Origin: Chitinophaga sp. CB10
GTDB taxonomy: Bacteria > Bacteroidota > Bacteroidia > Chitinophagales > Chitinophagaceae
DNA length: 64,000 nt
Reading direction: 5' to 3'
NCBI RefSeq assembly: GCF_001870995.1
Contig: NZ_MLAV02000016.1
Location: 296 to 64,295 of the forward strand
In this document: in pieces, positions 8,892 through 17,574 of the stretch
Layout of the letters: each line of letters begins with the position of its first letter
Position numbering within the stretch: position 1 is the first letter of the stretch
Made by a program: the position numbers and the translations under genes
Notes under the pieces: generated by a model
The model's input: only the letters and a program-made list of their open reading frames with translations
The model's database searches: none
Told to the model about the DNA's origin: nothing

Positions 8892-9296
8892 ATGAAAGAA
8901 ACAACTATTTCTCGCCCGATGATGCATTATACCGTTGAGCACGAATGGATTGATTATAATGGAACAGTTGGTTTTGTGGGCATTTCTGCATTCAAGTTAA
9001 AAGGGATAAAGAAAATTGATAATATTAAATGGTACAGGTATAAAGGAGCCATTGAAAAGGGCACTTTAATAGCAGAACTTCATTCTGAGGACTATATTAT
9101 CCCCATACATGCTCCTGTTAACTGTAAATTCTTAGGGTCTAACCAAAAACTGAATGGCAATTTAAACCTGATCCTTGAGAGCCCTCAGGATAGAGGGTGG
9201 GTATTTTTTATCACTCCATTAAAATTTTCTGGCCAGGAGCCTCTTCTTTCCCGGGAAGATTATCAAAAACATATTCGCCTTAAAAAAGTTGATTGA
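8892..9296 (+). CDS. Glycine-cleavage H-like protein lacking the lipoyl-lysine
   Basis: YTVEHEWIDYNGTVGFVGIS...IAELHSEDYIIPIHAPVNC...SPQDRGWVFFI aligns by eye with the GcvH pattern (EHEW...VGIT...ESVKAASDIYAPVSG...GWIFKI). The ORF-track start at 8844 is TTG and would include the promoter box. Confidence 0.55.
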   Translation: MKETTISRPMMHYTVEHEWIDYNGTVGFVGISAFKLKGIKKIDNIKWYRYKGAIEKGTLIAELHSEDYIIPIHAPVNCKFLGSNQKLNGNLNLILESPQDRGWVFFITPLKFSGQEPLLSREDYQKHIRLKKVD

Positions 9297-9304
9297 ATTT
9301 AATT

Positions 9305-9904
9305 ATGGAAAATAATACTCTATTAAAGCCAACCTGCTATATGACCGATGCTGCTTTTGACTGGTTGTATCCAGAAAGGATACAACTATTGTCAAGGCGG
9401 CATTGGACGCCATTAGGAGTAGCTAAAAAGGCTGCCCAATTCCTGGCAGATGTACCAGGAAAAAAAATATTGGATATAGGGAGTGGTGTTGGAAAGTTTT
9501 GCCTTATCGGTGCCCATTTCTTTCCGGAAGCCTTTTTTTTCGGTGTAGAACAACGTCGGGAATTATATCACTACTCACTTGCAGCCAGAGAGGCTACACA
9601 AACCGGCAATGCCGATTTTATAAATGCGAACTTTACGCAAGTAGACCTGTCCGAATATGATAGCTTTTATTTTTATAACGCTTTTTTTGAAAACCTGGAT
9701 GGGAAAGATCGCATAGATCAACAGATTGAATACTCTACCAGCCTGTACGTATATTATTCCCGTTATCTGTTCAAAGCCTTGGAAAATAAACCAAGCGGTA
9801 CCCGGTTAGTGACTTTTCATAGCCTGGAAGATGAAGTACCACCCAGCTATCAGGTTGTAGATGCTTCTATTGATCTGCTTTTAAAAATGTGGATAAAAAG
9901 ATGA
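9305..9904 (+). CDS. Class I SAM-dependent methyltransferase
   Basis: Motif I is ILDIGSGVGKFCL. The first ATG is at 9305 (the track starts at TTG 9293). Confidence 0.7.
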   Translation: MENNTLLKPTCYMTDAAFDWLYPERIQLLSRRHWTPLGVAKKAAQFLADVPGKKILDIGSGVGKFCLIGAHFFPEAFFFGVEQRRELYHYSLAAREATQTGNADFINANFTQVDLSEYDSFYFYNAFFENLDGKDRIDQQIEYSTSLYVYYSRYLFKALENKPSGTRLVTFHSLEDEVPPSYQVVDASIDLLLKMWIKR

Positions 9905-10581
9905 GGAAAGTAAGATTTATTACACCTACTGTTTTATTTATAGTTATTATTTTTACTCTTCTGATCTCATTTTCCTGTCATCAGCCAGCAGCACCTGACC
10001 ATCGTATTTCATCATCAAATGTATTGGCACTTTTGCAGGAGGGAAATAAACGGTTCCACAGCCATCAAATGCAGCATCCTCATACAAACAAACAGTGGAT
10101 GTCAACAGTCTCCAGAGAACAACATCCTGAAGCAATCATTGTTTGCTGTTCAGATTCAAGGGTTTGCCCAGAATTGGTTTTTGACCAGGGGTTGGGCGAT
10201 CTTTTTGTTATTCGCTCTGCTGGTAACATTATTAGCCCGGTGGAGTTAGGTAGTATAGAATATGGAGTAGAACATCTGGGTGTACATCTTATTATAATAA
10301 TGGGTCATGAGCGATGCGGGGCCATAGAAGCTTTTGCTAATGGAGAGTTACCACATGGATACATTAAAACTTTAATTGATACACTTAAAAATGAATCTGA
10401 AATCAAACAGATTCATGATAAGTCTCATTTTATAGAAAATTGTGTGAAAGCTAATGTTCTTCACATGATGCATTTGGTAGAAGCAGATGCGGAATTACAA
10501 AAAAAGATTGAAAGGAAGGAAGTGAATATAGCCGGTGCGGTATATAATATGGATAATGGAAAAGTCGAGTTCCTTCAATAA
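9901..10581 (+). CDS. Beta-class carbonic anhydrase, exported or lipoprotein
   Basis: Zinc ligand motifs CCSDSR and GHERCGA. There is an N-terminal hydrophobic leader ending ...LISFSC. ATG 9901 overlaps the upstream stop (ATGA); the track start is 9889. Confidence 0.8.
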   Translation: MRKVRFITPTVLFIVIIFTLLISFSCHQPAAPDHRISSSNVLALLQEGNKRFHSHQMQHPHTNKQWMSTVSREQHPEAIIVCCSDSRVCPELVFDQGLGDLFVIRSAGNIISPVELGSIEYGVEHLGVHLIIIMGHERCGAIEAFANGELPHGYIKTLIDTLKNESEIKQIHDKSHFIENCVKANVLHMMHLVEADAELQKKIERKEVNIAGAVYNMDNGKVEFLQ

Positions 10582-10592
10582 AAGAGTTTGTT

Positions 10593-10862
10593 ATGACAAC
10601 TGATGAATATGTCTTGTTGATAATACAACAAATTAAAGTAGTGAAAAATTGCAATCAGGTAGAAATGATCATTGTTCAATCAGTGCAAAATATGGTAGAG
10701 AAAAAGAAGAATGGATTTATTATTCAACGTTATTTGACAAAACTGCAAAGTGTCTTAGAGGATTTATCTCCACTCAATTGCAAGAGTGACCAATGGAGTT
10801 TGTATCGTTGCGCTTTGATTTATGTGCGTGAACTTTTAACCGTAAAACATGCCGAAAATTAG
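10593..10862 (+). CDS. Small hypothetical protein (89 aa)
   Basis: Sits in-operon, 12 nt after the carbonic anhydrase, and overlaps the next gene by 14 nt. I recognise no motif. Confidence 0.35.
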   Translation: MTTDEYVLLIIQQIKVVKNCNQVEMIIVQSVQNMVEKKKNGFIIQRYLTKLQSVLEDLSPLNCKSDQWSLYRCALIYVRELLTVKHAEN

Positions 10863-11265
10863 TAACCGGGATACTGAAAGACCTGGCTTAATTGCCAGCA
10901 TTCTACGTAACAAATGTCCGCGCTGTAGAAAAGGTTATTTATTTAGAAATAACAATCCTTATCATCTAAAAAGAGTTTTTGACATGCATTCGCATTGTCC
11001 GGTTTGCACGCAAGAAACTGAGTTGGAACCAGGCTTCTGGTACGGAACAGGATATGTTAGCTATGTTATGTGTGTTGCTTTCTCGGTCTTTAACTTAGCC
11101 TGGTATTGGCTGATTTTTGGTATATCATGGAGAGACAATAGTGTATTTCATTGGTTGATCATCAATGGGGCCCTATTGGTACTGGCTATGCCAGCTCTCA
11201 TGCGTTGGTCACGTACGTTATACCTTAATTTTTTTGTGACGTATGACCCTGAACCAATCGAATAA
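10849..11265 (+). CDS. DUF983-like membrane protein with paired CxxC motifs
   Basis: CPRCRKG...CPVC is followed by two hydrophobic helices, the architecture of the DUF983 family. Confidence 0.6.
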   Translation: MPKISNRDTERPGLIASILRNKCPRCRKGYLFRNNNPYHLKRVFDMHSHCPVCTQETELEPGFWYGTGYVSYVMCVAFSVFNLAWYWLIFGISWRDNSVFHWLIINGALLVLAMPALMRWSRTLYLNFFVTYDPEPIE

Positions 11266-11290
11266 AAGCAAAATAGTATTAAATAAATAT

Positions 11291-12985
11291 ATGTTCATTC
11301 CTAAACTATTCCATACCCTAAAAGGATATACTAAAGATCAGTTTGCAAAGGATTTGCAAGCCGGTCTTATTGTTGGTATCGTTGCATTACCTTTAGCCAT
11401 TGCATTTGCTATTGCCTCTGGAGTTTCACCTGAAAAAGGATTATTTACCGCAGTAATAGCTGGATTTATTATTTCGGCATTAGGGGGTAGTCGTGTGCAG
11501 ATAGGCGGGCCTACAGGAGCTTTTATAGTAATAGTCTACGGCATTGTACAGCAATACGGCGTAAACGGTCTTATCATTGCCACTTTTATTGCTGGAATCA
11601 TTCTGATCATAATGGGGATAGCGCGGTTAGGCTCTGTAATAAAGTTTATTCCACACCCATTGATAGTAGGATTTACCAGCGGAATAGCGCTGATCATTTT
11701 TTCCTCTCAAATAAAGGATTTCTTAGGATTGAAGATGGGAGCAGTACCCTCTGATTTTCTTGAAAAATGGATAGCATACACGCAGTATATTTCTTCTATT
11801 AATGTATATGCATTTGCTTTAGCAGCATTCACCGTGATAGTAATTTTTTTGTGGCCTAAAGTAACTCATAAAATACCAGGATCGCTCATCGCTATCATTT
11901 TATCAACCTTAGTTGTTCAGCTATTTCATCTGCCTGTTGAAACTATAGGAAGTAGGTTTGGTAGTATTCCTACTTCCTTACCTTCTCCCACCATACCACA
12001 TTTAGATTTTAGCACTATTAAACAGCTTATCCAACCTGCTTTTACTATTGCATTATTAGGTGGTATTGAATCTTTACTTTCTGCTGTGGTAGCAGATGGG
12101 ATGATTGGTGGTAAACACAAAAGTAACATGGAGCTGGTAGCGCAGGGAACGGCGAACATATTTTCTTCCATATTTGGCGGTATTCCTGCTACCGGAGCTA
12201 TCGCAAGAACCGCTACCAACATAAAAAACGGGGGCCGTACTCCTGTTGCCGGTATAATACATGCGGCAACATTACTGCTGATTATGCTTTTTATAGGCAA
12301 ATTGGCCGCATTAATACCTATGGCAGTTTTAGCAGGAATTCTTGTTGTTGTAGCCTATAATATGAGTGAATGGGAAAATTTTGTGGCGATACTGAAAGGC
12401 CCTAAAAGTGATACTGCGGTGTTAATTACTACTTTTTTACTTACGGTGCTTATCGATCTTACTGTTGCCATTGAAATTGGGATGATATTAGCCTCTTTCC
12501 TTTTCATGCGAAAAATGACACAATTTAGCAATGTTAGTGTTATTACTAAACAATTCAATGGCGATAAAAGCAAAACTGATCCACTATCAGTTTCTAATTT
12601 TTTTGTACCCAATGATGTAGAAGTTTTTGAAATTACTGGTCCCTTGTTTTTTGGTGCAGCCTATAAATTCAAGGAAGCAAGCAAAATAATAGAGAAAGCT
12701 CCCAAAGTTTTAATTATCCGTATGCGGGAGGTGCCGATCATAGATGCGACAGGCATTCATACATTAAAGGAGGTACATAAGGAATTAAAGCATCGTGGCA
12801 CCAAACTAATTTTATCTGAAGTTCAAAGCAGCCAGGTTTTGGAAGAATTAAAGAAGGCACGGCTATTATTTGCAATAGGGAAAGCCAATGTATTAGCAAC
12901 ATTTAAAGAGGCATTGCTAAGAAGTGAAAGCATCTTAACTGATATACCAAATAAACAGGATTTCATGTACTTAAAATATAAATAA
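11291..12985 (+). CDS. SulP family inorganic anion transporter with C-terminal STAS domain
   Basis: The start is typical for SulP: [35 protein letters not shown]. The STAS region is [23 protein letters not shown]. The track start 11243 overlaps the previous gene, so ATG 11291 is more likely. Confidence 0.85.
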   Translation: MFIPKLFHTLKGYTKDQFAKDLQAGLIVGIVALPLAIAFAIASGVSPEKGLFTAVIAGFIISALGGSRVQIGGPTGAFIVIVYGIVQQYGVNGLIIATFIAGIILIIMGIARLGSVIKFIPHPLIVGFTSGIALIIFSSQIKDFLGLKMGAVPSDFLEKWIAYTQYISSINVYAFALAAFTVIVIFLWPKVTHKIPGSLIAIILSTLVVQLFHLPVETIGSRFGSIPTSLPSPTIPHLDFSTIKQLIQPAFTIALLGGIESLLSAVVADGMIGGKHKSNMELVAQGTANIFSSIFGGIPATGAIARTATNIKNGGRTPVAGIIHAATLLLIMLFIGKLAALIPMAVLAGILVVVAYNMSEWENFVAILKGPKSDTAVLITTFLLTVLIDLTVAIEIGMILASFLFMRKMTQFSNVSVITKQFNGDKSKTDPLSVSNFFVPNDVEVFEITGPLFFGAAYKFKEASKIIEKAPKVLIIRMREVPIIDATGIHTLKEVHKELKHRGTKLILSEVQSSQVLEELKKARLLFAIGKANVLATFKEALLRSESILTDIPNKQDFMYLKYK

Positions 12986-12991
12986 TACTTC

Positions 12992-14233
12992 ATGGATATT
13001 TTTGATAAATTACTCAAACATATGGGCCCTATTGGAGAACATGCCGCAAGGGCACACGGGTATTTTGCTTTCCCAAAGTTGGAAGGAGAAATAGGGCCGC
13101 GTATGAGTTTTAGGGGGAAAGAAAAGATTATATGGAGTCTCAATAACTATTTAGGATTAGCTAACCACCCGGAAGTAAGAGCAACAGATACTGAAGCGGC
13201 AACTAAATTCGGATTGGCGTCACCGATGGGTGCCCGTATGATGAGCGGCAATTCCGATCATCATGAACAATTAGAAAAAGAATTGTCAGAATTTGTAAAC
13301 AAAGAGGATACAATATTACTGAACTATGGCTACCAGGGGATTTCAAGCGCTATTGATGCTATTTGCAGCCGCCGTGACATTATAGTATATGACGCCGAGT
13401 GTCACGCCTCTATCATAGACGGATTGCGATTGCACCCAGGTTACCGCTATGTGTTCAAGCATAATGACATTGCAGACTGTGAGAAGCAACTAACCAGGGC
13501 GCAGGAAATGGCTAAAAGTCAAGGCGGTGGTATTTTATTAATTACCGAAGGGGTTTTCGGTATGGCCGGTGATCAAGGTAAGCTCCGGCTAATTACAGAC
13601 TTAAAAGACAGATATAAGTTCCGTCTGCTGGTAGATGATGCGCATGGTTTTGGAACAATGGGAAAAAATGGAGCCGGGACAGGGGAAGAACAAGGGATAC
13701 AAGACAAAATAGATCTGTACTTTTCAACTTTCGCCAAATCTATGGCCTCAATAGGCGCTTTTATAAGTGGTGATAAAGCTATTATTAACTTTTTGCGGTA
13801 TAACATGCGCTCTCAGATATTTGCTAAATCACTACCTCTCCCCCTGGTGATCGGCAACCTCAAACGTCTGGAATTATTACGCACCCAACCGGCATTGAAA
13901 CATAAATTATGGGAAAATGTAAAAAAACTTCAGCATGGATTAAAAGAAAACGGATTCGATATCGGTTCGACCAATTCACCGGTAACCCCTATATATTTAC
14001 AAGGAGATATACCGGAAGCTACGGCTATGTGCCTGGACTTGCGGGAAAACTATAACATTTTTTGTTCTATTGTGGTATATCCTGTAATACCTAAAGGACA
14101 GATTATTTACAGACTAATCCCGACAGCAGTTCATACAGATGAGGACATTAACCTTACTTTAGAAGCATTTAAGCAAACAAAACAAAAACTGGATGAAAAA
14201 ATGTATAAAGTTGCAGAAATTCCCTTTGTGTAA
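12992..14233 (+). CDS. Alpha-oxoamine synthase family PLP-dependent enzyme (AONS/KBL/serine palmitoyltransferase-like)
   Basis: Motifs NNYLGLANHPEV, VDDAHGFG, and the PLP-lysine context FSTFAKSMAS. Length is 413 aa. Confidence 0.8.
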   Translation: MDIFDKLLKHMGPIGEHAARAHGYFAFPKLEGEIGPRMSFRGKEKIIWSLNNYLGLANHPEVRATDTEAATKFGLASPMGARMMSGNSDHHEQLEKELSEFVNKEDTILLNYGYQGISSAIDAICSRRDIIVYDAECHASIIDGLRLHPGYRYVFKHNDIADCEKQLTRAQEMAKSQGGGILLITEGVFGMAGDQGKLRLITDLKDRYKFRLLVDDAHGFGTMGKNGAGTGEEQGIQDKIDLYFSTFAKSMASIGAFISGDKAIINFLRYNMRSQIFAKSLPLPLVIGNLKRLELLRTQPALKHKLWENVKKLQHGLKENGFDIGSTNSPVTPIYLQGDIPEATAMCLDLRENYNIFCSIVVYPVIPKGQIIYRLIPTAVHTDEDINLTLEAFKQTKQKLDEKMYKVAEIPFV

Positions 14234-14306
14234 AACGTAAAGGGTGAATGAAGCAAAACCACCTAAACCTACAATTCATATGTTGCCTAACTTTGATGAT
14301 ATGCTA

Positions 14307-15023
14307 CTACTTACCCTCATTCCTTAGTTGATTCAGCCATTTATCTATTTCTGTCATTACCTGGACCACATCTTTGTCCGGGTAATGTTTTTGCATATAC
14401 TCAGCAAATCGGGCCTTTGTCTTTATATCTTCCCACTCCATAACCGTAAGGCTTAACATCGGCCATTTCTTTGTCTGCTGCATAAATCCATATAGCGGCA
14501 GATAGGGCGGGGCATAGTAAAAAGAATTTTCTACCAACTCATCATATAAAGGTTTATTGAAAGCTCGTTTCATATCCCGCACCACATTGTAAACAATACG
14601 GAACGTGCTACCTTCTCTTACAGTAACAGCCAGGTCAGGCATTCCCTTATCCTGAAAGAAAATATACATGTAATCAATAAAGCCTTCCTCTGTTATGTCG
14701 CAAAGGTCTTTGCTGTAAAAGGCATATTCTTTTTTAAAGAGGTCTAAAGAGAAATCTTGCAGGTTTTTATCAATGATAAAATCAATTACCTCATTTTCCT
14801 TTTTAATAATATCCTCAATAGAAGGCCCCCCGGTTAACCCCGCTACAGACAAAAAATATCGGGGCTTTGAAAACAGTTCAAAGTAATAGCTTTTGAAGAA
14901 GATCGTTTTCCTGTCAAATGTTACCTGTACATATAACGGGTGGGTGAGCTTTCCATGAAAATACACTTGTTTAAGCCGGTCATTGAAGTACGTTTTATAG
15001 CTAACTTTGTATGTTTTAGTCAT
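14307..15023 (-). CDS. Hypothetical protein; the N-terminus resembles an integrase Arm-type DNA-binding domain
   Basis: FHGKLTHPLYVQVTFDRKTIFFKS resembles the NGxxPIYLRITVNxKR pattern of Bacteroidota integrase arm-binding domains. No tyrosine recombinase catalytic region follows. Confidence 0.4.
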   Translation of the reverse strand: MTKTYKVSYKTYFNDRLKQVYFHGKLTHPLYVQVTFDRKTIFFKSYYFELFSKPRYFLSVAGLTGGPSIEDIIKKENEVIDFIIDKNLQDFSLDLFKKEYAFYSKDLCDITEEGFIDYMYIFFQDKGMPDLAVTVREGSTFRIVYNVVRDMKRAFNKPLYDELVENSFYYAPPYLPLYGFMQQTKKWPMLSLTVMEWEDIKTKARFAEYMQKHYPDKDVVQVMTEIDKWLNQLRNEGK

Positions 15024-15263
15024 TTTTAACCTCTTTTAGACGCTTTCATACTAAAAATGTTTATACAGTAGTAAAGTGTGCTACAAATTATATAAAAACA
15101 CATCAAATAGCGTCAATTTGGGTAAAGTTCGGTAAAATCAGGAATAATTTCAAAAAAAGTTTTGGTAAAACGCAAAATATCAAAACTAATTACTTATATT
15201 AGCTTTTGAAAAGTGTTCCCTTGCACGAGGGGTATTGTGAACTTGATAAATGCGGAGGTGCAA

Positions 15264-15416
15264 ATGGAAAAAATTAAACCAGAGAAAGCAGCGGAAATGC
15301 TGCAAAAGAAAGGCATCGCAGTAACTGTTGAGCAGGCGGCAGCCGTCCTTGAATTTATGCGTAAATTGGCTAACATTATTGTTGCTCATCATTTGGAAAA
15401 ACTGCGTAACCGATGA
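15264..15416 (+). CDS. Small protein (50 aa) directly upstream of the recombinase
   Basis: MEKIKPEKAAEMLQKKGIAVTVEQAAAVLEFMRKLANIIVAHHLEKLRNR. The track begins at GTG 15213. It lies 43 nt upstream of the recombinase on the same strand. Confidence 0.35.
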   Translation: MEKIKPEKAAEMLQKKGIAVTVEQAAAVLEFMRKLANIIVAHHLEKLRNR

Positions 15417-15458
15417 ACGTAAGCAAATGTATTATTTGATAACCCAAGTTTTAGGAAA

Positions 15459-17072
15459 ATGAAAATAGCTGATTTGTATATCCGGGTAAGTACCGATGAA
15501 CAGGCGGACAAAGGCTATTCCCAAAGGAGCCAGGAAGAACTATTGCGCAAATATTGCGACATCAACAAAATTTCCATCCGTAAGGTGATTTTTGAAGATC
15601 ATTCGGCCAAGACCTTTAACCGGCCGGAATGGAAGAAGTACCTGCTGGAATTAAAGCGACATAGAGGACAGACAGATTTGGTGCTGTTTCTCAAATGGGA
15701 CAGGTTTAGCCGCAATGCAGGGGATGCTTACCAGATGATCAATACGCTGCGAAAATTAGGGGTAGAGCCGCAAGCTATTGAACAGCCGCTAGACTTGTCT
15801 ATTCCCGAAAATAAAATGATGCTGGCCTTCTATTTAGCGGCTCCCGAAGTAGAGAATGACCGCAGGGCATTAAATGTTATTCATGGTATGCGAAGGGCAA
15901 GAAAAGAAGGGCGTTATATGGGTTTAGCGCCTTACGGTTATGTGAACAAGACAGATGAGGCCGGCAGAAAGTATATTGCTCCCAAAGAACCGCAAGCAAG
16001 CATTATACGTTGGGCTTACGAGCAGATTGCGGAAGGGGTATTTAATACCGAACAGATTTACAAAATGTCTAAGGGAAAGGGGTACAAAGGGAGCAAAGGT
16101 CTTTTCTGGTTTATCATCCGTAATCCTGTTTATTGCGGGAAAATATTTATTGCCAAGTACAAGGATGAAGAAGCCCGATTTGTGAAAGGGCTGCATGAGC
16201 CTATTATATCGGAAGAACTATTTTACCGGGCGCAGGACGTTTTGGACGGCAGAAAAAGAGCGCCGTACCGTCTCAAAATCATTACCAATAACGAATTGCC
16301 GTTGCGTGGTTTTCTGATCTGCCCAAAATGCGGCAAACTGTTAACCGGCAGTAAGTCCAAAGGGCATACCAGATATTACAGCTATTATCATTGTACAACC
16401 GGGTGTACTTGCCGATTCAGGGCGGACAATGTAAACAGTTTATTTACTTGTGAAATAAAGAAATACGTGCCTCGCGCGGAAATGGCCGATCTTTATAGGG
16501 TCACCCTTATCGAAGCATGGCATGACCAAACCGACCATTTACAGAGCGACCAGAGACAGTTACAATACCAAATAAAGGAACTAGAAGGGAAGTTGTCTTA
16601 CATACGGGAATTGCTTTCTTCAAAGCAAATTGAGCCTTCTGACTTCCGGGAAATGAAAACCGAGTATAGCACAAAATTGGAGAAGTTGGAAGCCAAACTA
16701 AGCGCCTACGACTATGACCAAGTGAACATAACCGACCTGTTAGGCAGGGGGCTGAATAATCTTTTAAAACTGGATTATGTGTATGAAAGCGGCGAGATAG
16801 ACAGAAAACGTGAGATCATTAGTTCGATGTACCCGGAAAAATTAGGTTTTGACGGTTTTACATTTCGAACTTCCCGCATCAATGAAGCGGTGCGCATAAT
16901 ATACGCGCTGGATAAGGCTTTGGGCGAAAATAAAACAGGACAAAATGGTAAAATTTCCACTTTGTCCTGTCAAGTCGGGGTGGCAGGATTCGAACCTACG
17001 ACCTCCACATCCCAAATGTGGCGCGATACCGGGCTACGCTACACCCCGAACTCTTTCCGGTGCGCAATCTGA
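15459..17072 (+). CDS. Large serine recombinase (integrase); the annotated 3' end reads through tRNA-Pro
   Basis: Resolvase-type catalytic N-terminus ADLYIRVSTDEQ, a recombinase domain, a zinc ribbon (CPKCGKLLTG...YYHCTTGC) and a coiled coil. The last 32 codons are antisense to tRNA-Pro (VGVAGFEPTTSTSQMWRDTGLRYTP). Confidence 0.85.
   Translation: MKIADLYIRVSTDEQADKGYSQRSQEELLRKYCDINKISIRKVIFEDHSAKTFNRPEWKKYLLELKRHRGQTDLVLFLKWDRFSRNAGDAYQMINTLRKLGVEPQAIEQPLDLSIPENKMMLAFYLAAPEVENDRRALNVIHGMRRARKEGRYMGLAPYGYVNKTDEAGRKYIAPKEPQASIIRWAYEQIAEGVFNTEQIYKMSKGKGYKGSKGLFWFIIRNPVYCGKIFIAKYKDEEARFVKGLHEPIISEELFYRAQDVLDGRKRAPYRLKIITNNELPLRGFLICPKCGKLLTGSKSKGHTRYYSYYHCTTGCTCRFRADNVNSLFTCEIKKYVPRAEMADLYRVTLIEAWHDQTDHLQSDQRQLQYQIKELEGKLSYIRELLSSKQIEPSDFREMKTEYSTKLEKLEAKLSAYDYDQVNITDLLGRGLNNLLKLDYVYESGEIDRKREIISSMYPEKLGFDGFTFRTSRINEAVRIIYALDKALGENKTGQNGKISTLSCQVGVAGFEPTTSTSQMWRDTGLRYTPNSFRCAI
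16925..16970 (-). terminator. Rho-independent terminator of tRNA-Pro copy 1, embedded in the recombinase ORF
   Basis: 10-bp arms acaggacaaa (16935-16944) and tttgtcctgt (16961-16970). On the minus strand the hairpin is followed by TTTTATTTTCG. Confidence 0.55.
16975..17048 (-). tRNA. tRNA-Pro (anticodon UGG), copy 1
   Basis: The reverse complement CGGGGTGTAGCG...CCACATTTGGGATGTGG...GGTTCGAATCCTGCCACCCCGA folds as a cloverleaf. The anticodon loop is TT-TGG-GA. Confidence 0.9.
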
Positions 17073-17098
17073 GCGTGTGTATCTCTGATTGCGGAGTG

Positions 17099-17106
17099 CA
17101 AAGGTA
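17099..17106 (-). promoter_or_regulatory. -7 promoter box (TACCTTTG) upstream of tRNA-Pro copy 1
   Basis: Plus strand caaaggta. It lies 51 nt upstream of the tRNA 5' end, similar to the spacing at tRNA-Ser. Confidence 0.4.
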
Positions 17107-17574
17107 GCGATAAGTTTGTGAGAAAACCAAATTGGACTTTACATTTTTTAAAAAAAGTTTGTGCGGAGGGGTTTACGGGTGTGGAATTACAGGCTAGCCT
17201 GGGGCTATTTGCCTTGACTGGCAAGGGTTTCAGGCGATCAGTTTTGCATACAGCGGAATGGTAATTCCAGTTGAAGTTTGGGTTTGAAAGGGTCCGCCAT
17301 GGATTTACGGCGTTGAAAGTAAACGGGGATGGCGGGCGGAAGGCTGCCTGCCAGCGGAGGGATTGTAATAAATTGTTTTATTACAGCGGCAGTATCAATA
17401 TACGATGGCTGCATTTGGTCACTAACCTTGCCGGCTATACGATTTCTCTATAGAGATACGGCCCCGTACTAACAAAATTGTACGCAACTCACAATCGGCT
17501 GTAACACATACCAGCACTGCGTTCAGGCAATAATTTTGTACCTGGTATTTATCAGTTTCAAAATTATATTCAAC

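Larger units (their letters stand above)
1..16974. mobile_element. Integrative mobilizable element (IME-like island). The right end abuts tRNA-Pro; the left end is outside the window or undefined.
   Basis: Contains a Toprim primase-like gene, a MobA-like/relaxase/MobC-position block, a large serine recombinase next to a tRNA, and regulator and cargo genes. It is visibly more AT-rich than the sequence to the right of 17.5 kb. Confidence 0.7.

Noticed and set aside
17073-17535. A possible gene remnant or regulatory RNA in the 460-bp gap between tRNA-Pro copy 1 and the SDR
   Set aside because: I found only short ORFs (60-61 aa) without motifs, and no convincing secondary structure or repeat beyond the tRNA promoter box.
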